From the human T2T-CHM13v2.0 reference genome, Homo sapiens, in the NCBI RefSeq assembly GCF_009914755.1, contig NC_060928.1: a stretch of DNA of 64,000 bases. The stretch is one strand, 5' to 3'. The position numbers and the translations under genes were made by a program. Positions 25,017 to 37,699 of the stretch are shown here, piece after piece. Positions within the stretch are counted from its first letter, which is position 1, and the number at the start of each line of letters is the position of its first letter. Below the pieces are notes generated by a model. The model ran no database searches. It was given only the letters and a program-made list of their open reading frames with translations, and was not told the origin of the DNA.

Positions 25017-25767
25017 ACAGAGAGAGAGAAGGAAAATGTCAACCCAGGACTGAGAAACACGGATAAATGTATGATGCGGAGCAGTCTTCAGGGATGATTC
25101 ATCATTGTCTGTTGAGATTTGTAGAGCAGGAAGACCTGAGCAGATAGAGAAGTACTTCTGGTGGTAATGGCACTTTCACAAAGTTGAGAGCTGAGAGAGT
25201 AGAATTATGAAAATCCCACCTCCTTCTTGACACCCGCACTCACAAGCCTGCTGTGTGCAATCGTAACCCAGAAACTTTGGGCTAAAGCCAAAATTCAAAC
25301 CCAAGCTATTCTACAAGAAAGGGCAAGAAGACCCTGCCCTGATTAACAATGACAACAATTTCCTTTTAAAAAGTCAGAAGCCTTTCGAGTTACAGAAGTA
25401 ACTCCCTGCCACCCCTGCCTGCCACATAAAAGAAGGGAGAAGACTGTCTTATTTTTCCCTTCTAATTCATTGACCCACTTCTCTTTTTTAACTTAAAAAG
25501 ACCATGCATAATTTGAAAAGTCATGGGTCTCAGCATTTCCCAAACTTCAGAAATTAGGGGAAATTGAAGATGATATTTAGTTGAGTGATTTCCTCTGTTT
25601 CCCCATAAACCTTATCGCTTATGACTTCAGGAGACACACAGCATCACTTGGTGGCGTAGGCTTTCTCACCCTATGGCACTGAGCTGTCCTTGATAGCCTC
25701 CCCCCATGCTCTGGCTCTCCTGCTCCAGAGCCCCTCATAAAATAAACAAAAACCAAAACCCTGTTCT

Positions 25768-25890
25768 ATACCTATTCTATAGGACCCGCCGGCATACACC
25801 CAGGCACTAGGTGTGATGAGATGGGCTGATACCTATTCTATAGGACCCGCCGGCATACACCCAGGCACTAGGTGTGATGAGATGGGCTGA
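25768..25890. repeat. Perfect 61-bp tandem duplication
   Basis: ATACCTATTCTATAGGACCCGCCGGCATACACCCAGGCACTAGGTGTGATGAGATGGGCTG at 25768 and 25829. Confidence 0.97.
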
Positions 25891-26199
25891 CAGAGGCTTA
25901 ATATGTTCCTCCATGTACTAGCAGGTGACTCTGAGACCCAAAAGAACTTGTCATAGTATACCATAATTGGCATAATATCAGACTAGAGAGAAAACTCTAG
26001 ATATTCAGGGGGCCAAATCAGCTTTCTGTCAATGTCTAAATTATGCCAAAATAGCCATCCTGCCTCTGGGGAAGACCAGTCCCAGGCCTAGCTGACAATA
26101 GATTTCATATTCCCTCTCCACTGGAATGTAGAGACATCTCAGAGAGAGAGAGAGAGGATGGTATGGACCACAGCACACTGTTAACATTTATGTTGATGG

Positions 26200-26350
26200 C
26201 TTTTTTGTTGTTTAAGAGATAAGAAGGTCTCTCTCTGTCATCTGCACTGGAGTGCAGTGGTGAAATCATGGCTCACAGCAGCCTTGAACTCCTGGGCTCA
26301 AGTGAACTCTCAAAGTGTTGGGAATACAGGTGTGAACCATTGCATCCTGC
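26200..26350 (-). mobile_element. Alu monomer (FRAM/FAM-like)
   Basis: Single arm CTGGAGTGCAGTGG...CTCCTGGGCTCAAGTG...CAAAGTGTTGGGAATACAGG. TGGCTTTTT on both flanks. Confidence 0.8.
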
Positions 26351-27159
26351 TGGCTTTTTAAATATAGTAGAATTGAACTCATCTTTTTATCTGACATTCT
26401 GTAGAGATCATTACAGGCCCACGAGGTTTTGCTTTTTTTATGGGTTCTTAAAAACTACACAACATGATAGTGCAAATATACACAATGAGGAAGGTCTCTG
26501 GAATCAAATCCATTTTTCTGTGAACCTGTACAGGCAGCTTACTTATGTCCCTGAGGTGGGGAACAGGGCAGCCCTCCTCTCCACAATTTCTTCCTCTCTG
26601 CTCTCTTTCCTGTTTCTCTATCTCCTCCTTTCTTCTTCTTTTTCTCCCATGTCATTTTTTTCTTCTCTGTCTTACCTTACTTGAGCCCACCAGGAACTCC
26701 CAGGGGTACCCAGAAGAACAGCTTGGCTGGAGGTGGCACCTGCAGCTGCAGGGCCACTGGTGCCCTGATAGGAAGAAAGGAAAGTAGGTTCTTGTGCCAC
26801 AAGATTCATCATCATTCAAACATTCATCAAATTTTGATTGAAGATTTCATTTCTGTCAAACAATGGCTGAGATGAAAAGATGAATTAGATACGACCCAGG
26901 ACAGAAGGCCCAGGACTTCTCATTATTGCTGAAAAAAGGAACATGACAACAACAGGTAAAAATGAAATATGGACAAAGTCTGGAAATTAATGTTTTAGTG
27001 GCATTTGAGCTCCGTTGTGGAGGATGGCAGATGTCATCCGGGCTACAAACCTGTGCTGACAAAGGCACAGGTTTGTTATGAATGAAACCTGGTCCCAGGG
27101 TGGAAGGACACCAGAATCACTGAAGCAGGGGCAGCAGGCCCACTGCCAGGAAGAAGCAA

Positions 27160-27345
27160 CCTTTTCTGGGCCATGAGAACTTTTGTTAGTCTGAGGAAGT
27201 CAATGGAATCTTTCTTAGAGCAATTTTTATCAGTGTGTAAAATAAATAAAATAAAATACATAGGATTACGATGAAAACCTATTACCTGAAAGTACAGTTC
27301 TATCCCTGGGCTTAGCTGTGGTCCATGGCCCCACGTGAGCTACTC
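27160..27345 (+). mobile_element. hAT-Charlie (MER119-like) fragment
   Basis: TAAAATAAATACATAGGATTAC...AAAC...GAAAGTACAGTT resembles the recalled consensus. Confidence 0.4.
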
Positions 27346-27504
27346 CTAACTAGGGCCTAAGGCCAAATTACAAGTGTCAGCTTCCAGGCTGAGGAAGAAA
27401 ATGGTGGAGACAACACAGGAATGAGGGGCAGTTTAGAACCAGGAGCCCACTGTGGTTACTCATCCAACCCATAGGAAGAGGAGCCCTTCCCCTAGGAAGA
27501 CTGC

Positions 27505-27563
27505 AGCGAGTGGCTAAGAGTGGGGTTAGCGAGTGGCTAAGAGTGGGGTTAGCGGGTGGCTAA
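27505..27563. repeat. 23-bp tandem repeat x 2.6
   Basis: AGCGAGTGGCTAAGAGTGGGGTT at 27505 and 27528, partial copy at 27551. Confidence 0.9.
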
Positions 27564-28694
27564 CACTGGTGTCAGAACTGAGCAAAATAAAGGCTTAGAG
27601 AACTAAAAACAGCTACAGGCACAAGCTGTGGTCTTTGCTAGACTGGGACTTCCCGCTTCCTCCCTCTCTGGAAGACACTGATTTTTCCCTTGACAGGAAG
27701 TCATTTTTATTTCACAGAATGCCTCCCCTTAGCAATCAGGGCCAACCACACACGTGACTTAATTCCGTCATCTTCCTTCATTCCAGAAGCTCCATGTATC
27801 TGAAAGAATATTTGCATAACCAGCTCACAGAGCAGTTTTTCCTGTTTGTCATCTGCTTCTGGGTAACCTAGACTCCTTTAAGCTCTGGATTTGAATGAAA
27901 TTTGAATGCTGTAGGCCCCTTCAAGTACACCATTTTGGGATTCAAAGACTGTTTATTTCTGGGGTTTCTGAGAAGCAAGTCAGCTTGCTCTGGGGAGCCA
28001 CAGCTGATTCTGCCTTTGGGAAGAGTGAAGTTACCAAGACTAAAAGCTGGATTCTGGGGAACACAGGTGGGGTGACCAGGGACTGTGTTGAGAACAAAGA
28101 GCCAGCATCCAACAGGGACTCCAGAAGGCTGAGAATCTGTCCCCAACCAGACGTTGCAGCTCAGGAAGAGCTGTAAGCTGCCCTGCTTCTCCCATGCCCA
28201 CTTAGAAGGAAGCTTCATCAAGAAACCTTGGTTTCTATAAGCACGAGGATGAGGCTACACAAGAAGAACATTGCTTTGTTCAAAGGATCTTCAACTTCTA
28301 TCCCTTGCTCACCACAGTATGTGAACTAGGACCATTAAAACTACTCAACTCTTTCTTATTTGTAGTAACAACTTATTAATCACAAGTTACATGTTCATTG
28401 ATGGAGGCTATATATCTATATATTTTATTTTATTTCATTTTTTATTTTTGCTAGGAGGAAGATGTTAAAGGGCATGCACTAAAACATAAACACTATTTCA
28501 AAAACCCTAATAACTTCTCTCCTAAAATATTTCTATGGGAAGTAAATGCCAATTTGCTACCATCTCCCGCATGTGGATGCCTGTAAACAACACTGCCCAC
28601 CACAAACAGTATATTTAATGTGCCACCTTCTCCCTCACTTGTGGATGCCCATGGACAATACTACCCACTACAGAGAGTATATTCAATATGCTGC

Positions 28695-30117
28695 TATGTC
28701 CAGAATTGGTGGGTTCTTGGACTCTCTGACTTCAAGAATGAAGCCGGGGACCCTCACAGTGACTGTTACAGTTTCTAAAGACAGTGCATCCGGAGGTTGT
28801 TCCTTCTGATGTTCAGACATGTTGGGAGTTTCTTCCATCTGGTGGATTCATGGTCTCGCTGGCTTCAGGAGTGAAGCTGCAGACCTTCGCGGTAAGTGTT
28901 ACAGCTCTTCAAGTGACGCGTCTGGAGTTGTTCATTCCTTCCGGTGAGTTCGTGGTCTCACTGGTCTCAGGAGAGAAGCTGCAGACCTTTGCGGTGAGTG
29001 TTACAGCTCATAAAGGCAGCGTGGACCCAAACATTGAGCAGCAGCAAGATTTATTGCAAAGAGTGAAAGAACAAACTTTCCACAGTGTCAATCAGGACCC
29101 TAGCGGGTTGCCACTGCTGCTTGGGGCAGCCTGCTTTTATTCCCTTATCTGGCCCCACCCACATCCTGCTGATTGGTCCGTTTTACAGAGAGCTGATTGG
29201 TCTGTTTTACAGAGAGCTGATTGGCCCTTTTTGACAGGGTGCTAATTGGGGCGTTTACAATCCTTTAGCTAGACACAAAAGTTCTCCAAGTCCCCACTAG
29301 ATTAGCTAGACACAGAGCACTGATTGGTGCATTCACAAACCTTGAGCTAGATACAGGGCGCTGATTGGTGTGTTCACAAACCTCGAGCTAGACACAGAGT
29401 GCTGATTGGTGCATTTACAATTCCTTAGCTAGACATAAAAGTTCTCCAAGTCCCCACTAGACTCAGGAGCCCAGCTGGCTTCTTCCAGTGGATCCTGCAC
29501 TGGGGAGGCAGGTGGAGCTGCCTGCCAGTCCTGCGCCATCTGCCCGCACTGAGGAGTGCGGCTGAGGAGCCCTTGGGTGGTCGAGGGGACCCTAGCCATC
29601 GAGCAGGGGGCGGCGCTCATCAGGGACGCTCGGGCCATGAAGGAGCCCACCGCAGGGGGGAGGCTCAGGTATGGCAGGCTGCAGGTCCCGAGCCCTACCC
29701 TGCAGGGAGGCAGCTGAGGCCCAGCGAGAATTTGAGCACAATGCCAGCAGGGCCAGCACTGCTGGGGGACCCAGCACACCCTCCGCAGCTGCTGGCCCAG
29801 GTGCTAAGCCCCTCACTGCCCAGGGCTGGTGGCGCCGGCCAGCCACTCCGAGTGTGGGGCCTGCCTAGCCTACGCCCACCCGCAACTGGCACTGGCCCAC
29901 AGGCACAGTGTGTAGCTCCAATTCCCACCTGCGCCTCTCCCTCCACACTTCCCGCAAGCTGAGGGCGCCAGCTCCGGCTCCCGCCTGGCCAGCCCAGAAG
30001 GGGGCTCCCACAGTGCAGCAGCAGGCTGAAGGGCTCCTCAAGCAGGGCCAGAGTGAGCGCCAAGGCCAAGGAGGTGCTGAAGGCGACCGAGGGCTGCCGG
30101 CACGCTGTCACCTCTCA
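28695..30117 (-). mobile_element. Solo LTR12-family (ERV9) LTR, more diverged copy
   Basis: Reads TATGTCCAGAATTGGTGGGTTC...GCTGTCACCTCTCA on the + strand. Tandem CTGATTGG repeats. TSD CTGC/CTAC. Confidence 0.95.
29130..29415 (-). promoter_or_regulatory. LTR12 promoter module: tandem CCAAT (NF-Y) boxes plus AATAAAA TATA-like element
   Basis: At least six GATTGG (CCAATC on - strand) and TTTTATT near 29135. Confidence 0.6.
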
Positions 30118-30227
30118 CTACCTTCTCCCTAACTTGTGGATGCCCGTGGACAACACTACCAACCACAGACAGTATATTCAATATGCTGCCTTCTCCCTCA
30201 CTTGTGGATGCCCGTGGACAATACTAC

Positions 30228-31550
30228 TGCGTCCGGAATTGGTGGGTTCTTGGTCTCACTGACTTCAAGAATGAAGCCGCGGACCCTCGCGATGAGTATT
30301 ACAGCTCTTAAGGTGGCGCGTCTGGCGTCTGTTCCTTCTGATGTTCAGATGTGCTCGGAGTTTCTTCCTTCTGGTGTGTTCGTGGTCTCGCTGGCTTCAG
30401 GAGAGAAGCTGCAGACCTTCGCGGTGAGTGTTACAGCTCATAAAAGCAGTGTGGACCCAAAGAGTGAGCAGTAGCAAGATTTATTGCAAAGAGCAAAAGA
30501 ACAAAGCCTCCACAGTATGGAAGGGGACCCCAGCGGGTTGCCACTGCTGGCTCCGCAGCCTGCTTTTATTCTCTTACCTGGCCCCACCCACATCCTGCTG
30601 ATTGGTAGAGCCCAGTGGTCTGTTTTGACAGGCCACTGATTGGTGCATTTACAATCCCTGAGCTAGATACAAAGGTTCTCTACATCCCCACCAGATTAGC
30701 TAGATAGAGTCTCCACACAAAGGTTCTCCAAGGCCCCACCAGAGCAGCTAGATACAGTGTGGATTGGTGCATTCACAAACCCTGAGCTAGACACAGGGTG
30801 CTGATTGGTGTGTTTACAAACCTTGCGCTAGATACAGAGTGCCGATTGGCGTATTTACAATCCCTTAGCTAGACATAAAGGTTCTCCAGGTCCCCACCAG
30901 ACTCAGGAGCCCAGCTGGCTTCACCCAGTGGATCCTGCACAGGGGCTGCAGGTGGAGCTGCCTGCCAGTCCCGCGCCGGGAGCCCGCACTCCTCAGCCCT
31001 TGGGTGGTCGATGGGACTGGGCGCCGTGGAGCAGGGGGCAGCGCTCATTGGAGAGGCTCGGGCCGCACAGGAGCCCGTGGAGGGGGTGGGCGGCTCAGGC
31101 ATGGCGGGCTGCAGGTCCCGAGCCCTGCCCGGCGGGAAGGCAGCTAAGGCCCGGCGAGAAATCAAGCGCAGCGCCGGCGGGCTGGCACTGCTGGGGGACC
31201 CAGTACACCCTCCGCAGCCGCTGGCCCGGGTGCTAAGCCCCTCATTGCCCGGGGCCGGCAAGGCCGGCCGGCTGCTCCGAGTGCAGTGCCCGCCAAGCCC
31301 ACGCCCACCCGGAACTCCAGCTGGCCCGCAAGCGCCGCGCGCAGCCCCAGTTTCCGCTCCCGCCTCTCCCTCCACACCTCCCTGCAAGCTGAGGGAGCGG
31401 GCTCCTCCTTGGCCAGCCCAGAAAGGGGCTCCCACAGTGCAGCGGTGGGCTGAAGGGCTCCTCAAGTGCCCCCAAAGTGGGAGCCCAGGCAGAGGGGGCG
31501 CCGAGAGCGAGCGAGGGCTGTGAGGACTGCCAGCACGCTGTCACCTCTCA
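30228..31550 (-). mobile_element. Solo LTR12 (LTR12C-like), CpG-rich copy
   Basis: TGCGTCCGGAATTGGTGGGTTC...GCTGTCACCTCTCA. Perfect TSD CTAC at 30224 and 31551. Confidence 0.95.
30560..30855 (-). promoter_or_regulatory. LTR12 promoter module: tandem CCAAT boxes plus AATAAAA element
   Basis: Five GATTGG and TTTTATT near 30564. Confidence 0.6.
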
Positions 31551-34207
31551 CTACCAACCACAGAGAGTATATTCAATATGCTGCCTTCTCCCTCACTTGT
31601 GGATACCTGTGGACAATACTACCCACCACAGATAGTATGTTCAATTTGTGAAAGCCCAATTTGAAGAGGAGGTTCATTGAGAAATCAGTCAGCCAGCATC
31701 CAAATGGATAGTCAGCAAGTTAAAGAAGGGTAGAAAGTTTAGAGAGCAGACAGCAAAACGGAGCCAAAGCTTTTCAACCATCCCTGGGAAAGGAGCTGCT
31801 GATACATCTACAGGAAACAGTAAATGTATGTTTTCTATATTTGAGCAAATTGGTGTAGAGCAACAAATCCCCTGGCTGCCCAAGACTGCAGGTATTAGGT
31901 CCTCTCCAACCCTGGTGTCATGCTGTGGCTTTATGCTGGAGCTCTGCCATAACACTGTTACGTATCGACGATGCTGACGGGTCACACACAGAATTCATCT
32001 TCTTGGTAACATGTTGATAATTTCATGCACCTCGTGGAAAAAACACATTGAGGAAGATGAGCTTCATTTTGAAGGAAAAAAGAGATTAGTTTTAGTACAA
32101 ATTGTCATTCATTAATCCACTAATGGATAACTCAGAGCTTGTCTCTGCAGAGCCATTTCTGACTTGGCCAGAAAAAGAAAAAAAAGAAAAGAAAGCAATT
32201 GCACAATGATTCAGCTTGCGATTTAACATTCAAGAGCCTAACAAATGCATTCAGTGAAAATCGAGCCTTATTAAGCCCTCCTGACTTTGACAAAGTGCTT
32301 CGGGTGCAGAGAGATGCCTCTGACACTAGACTTGAGGCACTGCTGTCTCTGATAATGAAGGAAGAGCAACACCCAAAGATGTATAAACACAAGGAACTTT
32401 TAAAAGAGAAACTCTGTAACTTTCTATTTCAAAAAAGTCTTTGTCTTCGAAGTTTGTCTATGTGGCCGGCTTGTTGAAATTTTCTTCCTAAACAAAATCC
32501 GAACGATAGAAAAGCAAAGTTTGTCTTGAGAGAATGTTTTACTGAGGAGTTTAATCAGCATTATGATCATGTTCTTGAGGCATTTACGTATATACTGAAT
32601 ATAACACACTATGCTGAACGCACTGTAGTGAATAGTAAATTATTATGCTTGGATGTGTATATGACTTTATTAAAAAAACTACTCAAACTCTAAGAATTTT
32701 TAAATCTAGTATAATGGAATAGAGACATTTAGTTGTTTTTCAAATGGAGAAGAGATTTATTGCCAGACAAACATACCCAAGTTTTAACTTTTGCTATTTG
32801 GCTCATTATTTTCTCATTTTGGTTTTCTTCATTTGCATTTGAATGTGTTTTTCTTCCTCAGAACATTTCTATTGTATATTTTACTTTTAGCAGCATGTAG
32901 TGTTCATATAATTGCCCCATATTTTTAATGTTGAAACATTCTCTTAATAATCTATTGAACCATCCTTCCTCTTCTCTCCTCCCACAGCCTACCTGAAGAG
33001 GCCTGCTAACACATTTGGACGGAATCCTTTTGTTCTGTCACCCACACTCTGGTCCCAGCAGTGCCGGTGGGAAGATACACGGGACCATGACTGCCCACGG
33101 GTTGCCCACTCAAGCCACTCTCTGTAATTGGCCTAATGAAGGTGTTATGCAACACTGTGACAAATGTTAACTTTATGTACCCTGCCACTCTACAAATCAA
33201 AGAAATGAATTCATAAGACATAGTTTTGATGGTGGGGGCATTTCTGATAGAATTTGAGATTATTAAGGAATCTCAGGGGCATTAAGTTTGAAAGTAATAT
33301 CATTAGATCCATCCAAATAAATGGGGCTGATATTGGGAGAATGCATGTATGTACGCAGCTTGTCTTTCCCCCACAGTCCCTAAAATTGGAAACACACCAC
33401 CAAGAGGAAGTAATAACACTGCAGTCCAATATTCAAAGTCAGATTTTTACTTGTATTGATGATTTTTAACATTTTGGAATATCACTTTATGCCTCCACCT
33501 GAAAGTTGTTATAATACCAGAATTCCAGGGCTGTGTTCACTGCAGTGTTTTATAAAAGTAATATTTTTCTTAGTTATTTTAAGGGGGTGTAAAATGAAAA
33601 AAAATTATGGCAGGGATAGTTTATTAGTCTCCTTCCAAATCAACAATCCATATTTTTTCCTAACTCTCACTGGTTGGATATTCTTTCACTGCAGGATTAT
33701 CAGCTAGTAAATACCTCATAGGAGGGGAAAAAAAATCTCCTTCAGACTTAATTCACATTATTTGAGTTCTTACCTTGCATCTCTCAATTTCCACCCTTTT
33801 TCTCATCTCTTTAGTAAGGAAATGAGATAGCATCTTTTGAAAAGGGAACGCCCGAAGTCATTTCTCAGTCCTTGAGATGTTTCTGAAACAGATCAATGCC
33901 CATCAACATTGCTGTTCTAGCTCCCAGTCATTCTTGGTGATAAAGAAGAAGAGAGGACACACATGGCTGGCTGCCTGCCTGTCTAGAGAGAGGGTTGGGT
34001 TATCTTAATAGCGTTCATTCCAAATCTACAGTGTATGTCATGGTTGTTTGGCCAGAAATGCAGTATATCTGTACTTCCAATATCACTCAGGAAGTTGTCA
34101 GCAAAATATGGTGTTTGAATTATATCATAGAATCATAGCAAGAGGCTTCCAGTGCTCCCCAGAAGGGTTTTGACATCTTATCATTGTTTATCCGCACCTC
34201 TATAATG

Positions 34208-34606
34208 TGTTAAAATAAAAACCTTAGCCAAATTAAATTCAACAGAATTTAACTGAGCAAAGAGCAATTCGCCAATCGGGCAGCCTCCCAAATCAGAGAA
34301 GGCTGAGAGAGAGACTCCAGCACAGCCACGTCATAGCAGATTTATGGACAGAGAAAGGAAAGTGATATACCGAAAATGGAAACCAGCTACAGAAACAGCT
34401 GGATTGGTTACAGCTCAGTGTTTGCCTTATTTGAATGTGGCTTGAACAGCTGGCCCCCTTTGATTGACCAAAACTCAGCAATTGCACAAAAGTAGGTTAC
34501 AATCTGTTTACACCTCCCTTTAGATTATAGTTCACTATGTACAGAGAAACCTTTAGGCTGAACAGAAAATACGTAAGGAGGCAGTTAGGCTAAACTTGAT
34601 TCAACA
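34208..34606 (-). mobile_element. MER57-family ERV1 solo LTR
   Basis: GGATTGGTTACAGCTC, TTTGCCTTATTTGAA, GTTCACTATGTACAGAGAAACCTTTAGGC, GTAAGGAGGCAG...TAGGCTAAACTTGATTCAACA. Confidence 0.85.
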
Positions 34607-37297
34607 GATTCATAGTGTTGTTGATGCCTAGGGTCTTATTACAAACAAAAATTCACAAGTTTTCTATATGTCCTACCAAATTTTGGCCCTGTAGTTTCTG
34701 TCCAGCCTCTTGGTTAAGTTAAAACTTACCATAGATACTTTAATGTGATTGCATAACCAATTAATCTTTTTTTATTCATTCCAACAAACACAAATGTTAT
34801 CCATTTACATGTAGATGGGCAGGCTCGACTTTAGGCACTAGGGCAGGGCATGTTAGTAGTTAAGTGCAATAAGATGTTAAAAGAATCAAATGATAGAAAT
34901 GTATAACAGGAACCCTGAATGGGAAGCATAGAGTAAATATCAACGAATTCTGCCCTATTCCAGAAATGTTAAAACTTATAAAGTGCTACCCATTAGTGTC
35001 TTCATAGCGCTTTCAGGAAATGCATTCAATATTAGTTCCATGTCTTTGAAAAGACTGTTTTGAAAAAATATAAATCATGTTATTCCATGGTAATGATGTT
35101 ACTTTAATAAACTAATGACATGTATGGGTGCTAATACAATGGGTATTATTAGTGCATTAACAAAGTAACCAATTAAAGATGTAGATTTTTCAAATAAACT
35201 TCGGGAAAGCATTGATGAACACACAGCGCCCACTCAGGAATCAGTGCAGACTACTTATCTGTTGTCTCTGGGCAAAGGATTCACTCTTCTGAAGCTATTT
35301 AGGCTAATAGCTATTATTCCTTTCTATATTCTATTAATATTAGAGTCATTTAAGTTTATTCATTGGCTCCAACAAGCACTATTTAAGCTAATGATGGCAT
35401 TCAATGGCATCAAAAAGCACGTAAACATCACAGTCAAAAGCTAATCTTGGGATAGTTCCTCCATTCACAAAAGAATCTATCTAGCTCTGACTTTTGAAGT
35501 GTACCATAATTCTTGGAAGACAATGGAAGCCGACTCTTGACATAAGACATGTAAAAGTTGGTGATTTCAAAAAAGTTTCCCAATTTCTTCATCAATAGCT
35601 CATCCAGTCAGTGCAGTAAAGCAAAATAGATGAGTTCTCAGATAAGACTAAACTATAGAAGAGACGGATGAAACCTGTTTTATTACTGAAATAAGTCATT
35701 TTTAAATTATCTTGTCATTTATATTGGGTTTAGCTTCTCTTAATTTGTAACATGAATTATCATATTTTACTCTTCAAAATATTGAACAGAGAATCAATGC
35801 CAAGGCAATATTACCCTTAAAACACTACTATTTTTAAAAAATCTTCAGCTATTAGACTTGTCTCAAATAAATAACTTTTCTATCATGTTCATTTATAACT
35901 AAGAAAGTGTGTATAGGTCTTGAAGTATTATAAAAGCTATCAGACTTGCTCTCAGCTAAAGAAACCACGGTTTAGGCATGCATGGGCATTATTATCTCAG
36001 CAACAACAACAAAAATGTTAACTTACAGAAATATTTTGTTAACAACTTAGGTAACCAAGCTTTTAAATGCAATATAAAGCAATCTTTGAAAGTGCTTTAG
36101 TGTGAGGAACAAAGCATTGAATAATATAGCTAACGCTAAAAGTCATTAGAAGCCATTATATTTTAAACTATCACGAACAACAGCTAAAAAAAATTCAGTA
36201 GACTGAGTCTCCACTTAGTTAATGAAGCACGTGTTTCTACATGTTCCATGAATATAACAATGCCTACATTCAGTGCTGCAAAGAAATCAAAAACACTAAA
36301 ATGTTGACCCTCAGAGTTTCTCAAGTGGTAATGCCAATAATCTTCACTAGCAGATATAGAAAATACCACAGAGGTAAAATGAATAAACACCTGGCCATTT
36401 AGTCCAATGCATTTGCCTGTAGCTGTGGCCTCCACTTGTTTCTTGTTACAAACAAACTCTAGTCCCTTTAAATCACATAGTCTTCAGAACAGAGAAACTT
36501 CCAGTGTTAAAATGGTTGTGGGTCTTGTTTTCATGAATGCATTTTCTCTAACGTGGTCATAATTGTTGCCTTCAAGACCTTCTCTACAGGCTTGTGGATT
36601 ATTTTTAACAACACCCTTTCTGGATTTTTATTTTTACTATACATTTTAAAAGTTTTTGACTTTATTATTACACAGAATAGCCTGGACATTAGGATTTTTT
36701 AAAGAAGCTTCCTGGGTGATTACATGTGTGACATTTGTAAACAATTAGTCTACATTACATTTTCTGTTAAAAAATAAATGAAAGTACAGAAAAGTCTAAG
36801 TTTGTTAGGTAATTGGCTTAATTCTTTAATGCACAAAGTAAGTCTTAGGCTTCACATAAGTTAATCAACAGAAATGTAGTATCCACGAGATGTCATTATA
36901 ATCTCTCTATAGTTAATATGCTAACATTGTGAGGTAAGATAAATGCCCTTTGAAACTCGAATGTAAACACACTCTTTCTAGAGTTAACCAGTGTTATTTT
37001 TATACCTTGCTTCAACCTTTCCACACCTCCACCCGCCAACAACCCTCCCCTAAACATGACTCCCTCCTGCTTCATTCCAGGTGGATGGCCCTTTAAGCTT
37101 TCACTAGGTGCAAGTATCTTGACTGTGTAACTCACAGCCTGGCAAAGCAGCTGGTTTCAGGAGTGATAACACCAGTCACTACAAGGTTACAACGTTTCTT
37201 CTAAAGGGCAGGGGCTTCCCAGAAAATTTCATTCATGCTCTCAGTTCTGCCTGTGGGGTAAAGCGAACTAATTTTACTCAGTCTTCTGTGTAAAAGC

Positions 37298-37699
37298 TGC
37301 TACCCTTCCAATGTTTGTCCCTCCAAAACTCATGTTGAAATTTCACTGTCATTGTGATGATATTGGGAGGTGGGACCTTTAAGAGGGGCTTAGATCATGA
37401 GGTCTCTGCCTTCCTGAATGAGCTAGTGCTGTTATGCAGAAGCAGGTCTCCCTCTCCCTCTCCCTCTTCCTCTCCCCCTCCCTCTCCCCCTCCATTCCCC
37501 CCCTCTTCCCTCTCTTTGCTCTTTCTCCATGTGGTGTCTTCATGTCATAGCACAGCAAGAAGGCCTTTGTCAGATGCCGGCTCCTCAATTCTGGATTTTC
37601 CAGCCTCCAGAAATGTGAGTCAATAAATTTCTGTTCATTATAAATTACCCAGTCTGTGGTATTCCATTATATATAGCAGGAAAAATGGACTAAAAAGCA
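37298..37699 (+). mobile_element. MST/MLT1A-family MaLR LTR with an internal CT tract
   Basis: CCAAAACTCATGTTGAAA...GGAGGTGGGACCTTTAAGAGG...CCAGCCTCCAGAAATGTGAG...TATAAATTACCCAGTCTGTGGTATT. Confidence 0.85.

Larger units (their letters stand above)
28550..31646. repeat. 68-bp tandem repeat (~5 copies) split into three pieces by two LTR12 insertions
   Basis: Unit ATGCTGCCTTCTCCCTCACTTGTGGATGCCCGTGGACAATACTACCCACCACAGACAGTATATTCAAT at 28550-28694, 30118-30227 and 31551-31646. Register continues across both LTRs. Confidence 0.92.

Noticed and set aside
28784-31544. Cluster of 100-198-aa ORFs and a CpG-island-like region as a gene promoter or first exon
   Set aside because: All lie within GC-rich LTR12 sequence.
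28695-31550. The two LTR12s as the 5' and 3' LTRs of one deleted provirus
   Set aside because: The spacer is host tandem repeat in register with the flanks, there is no PBS or PPT, each LTR has its own TSD, and the LTR structures differ.
28550-31646. 68-bp repeats with intervening viral DNA as a CRISPR-like acquisition system
   Set aside because: The inserts are ordinary solo LTRs with 4-bp TSDs at different positions in the unit. The repeat is not duplicated on insertion.
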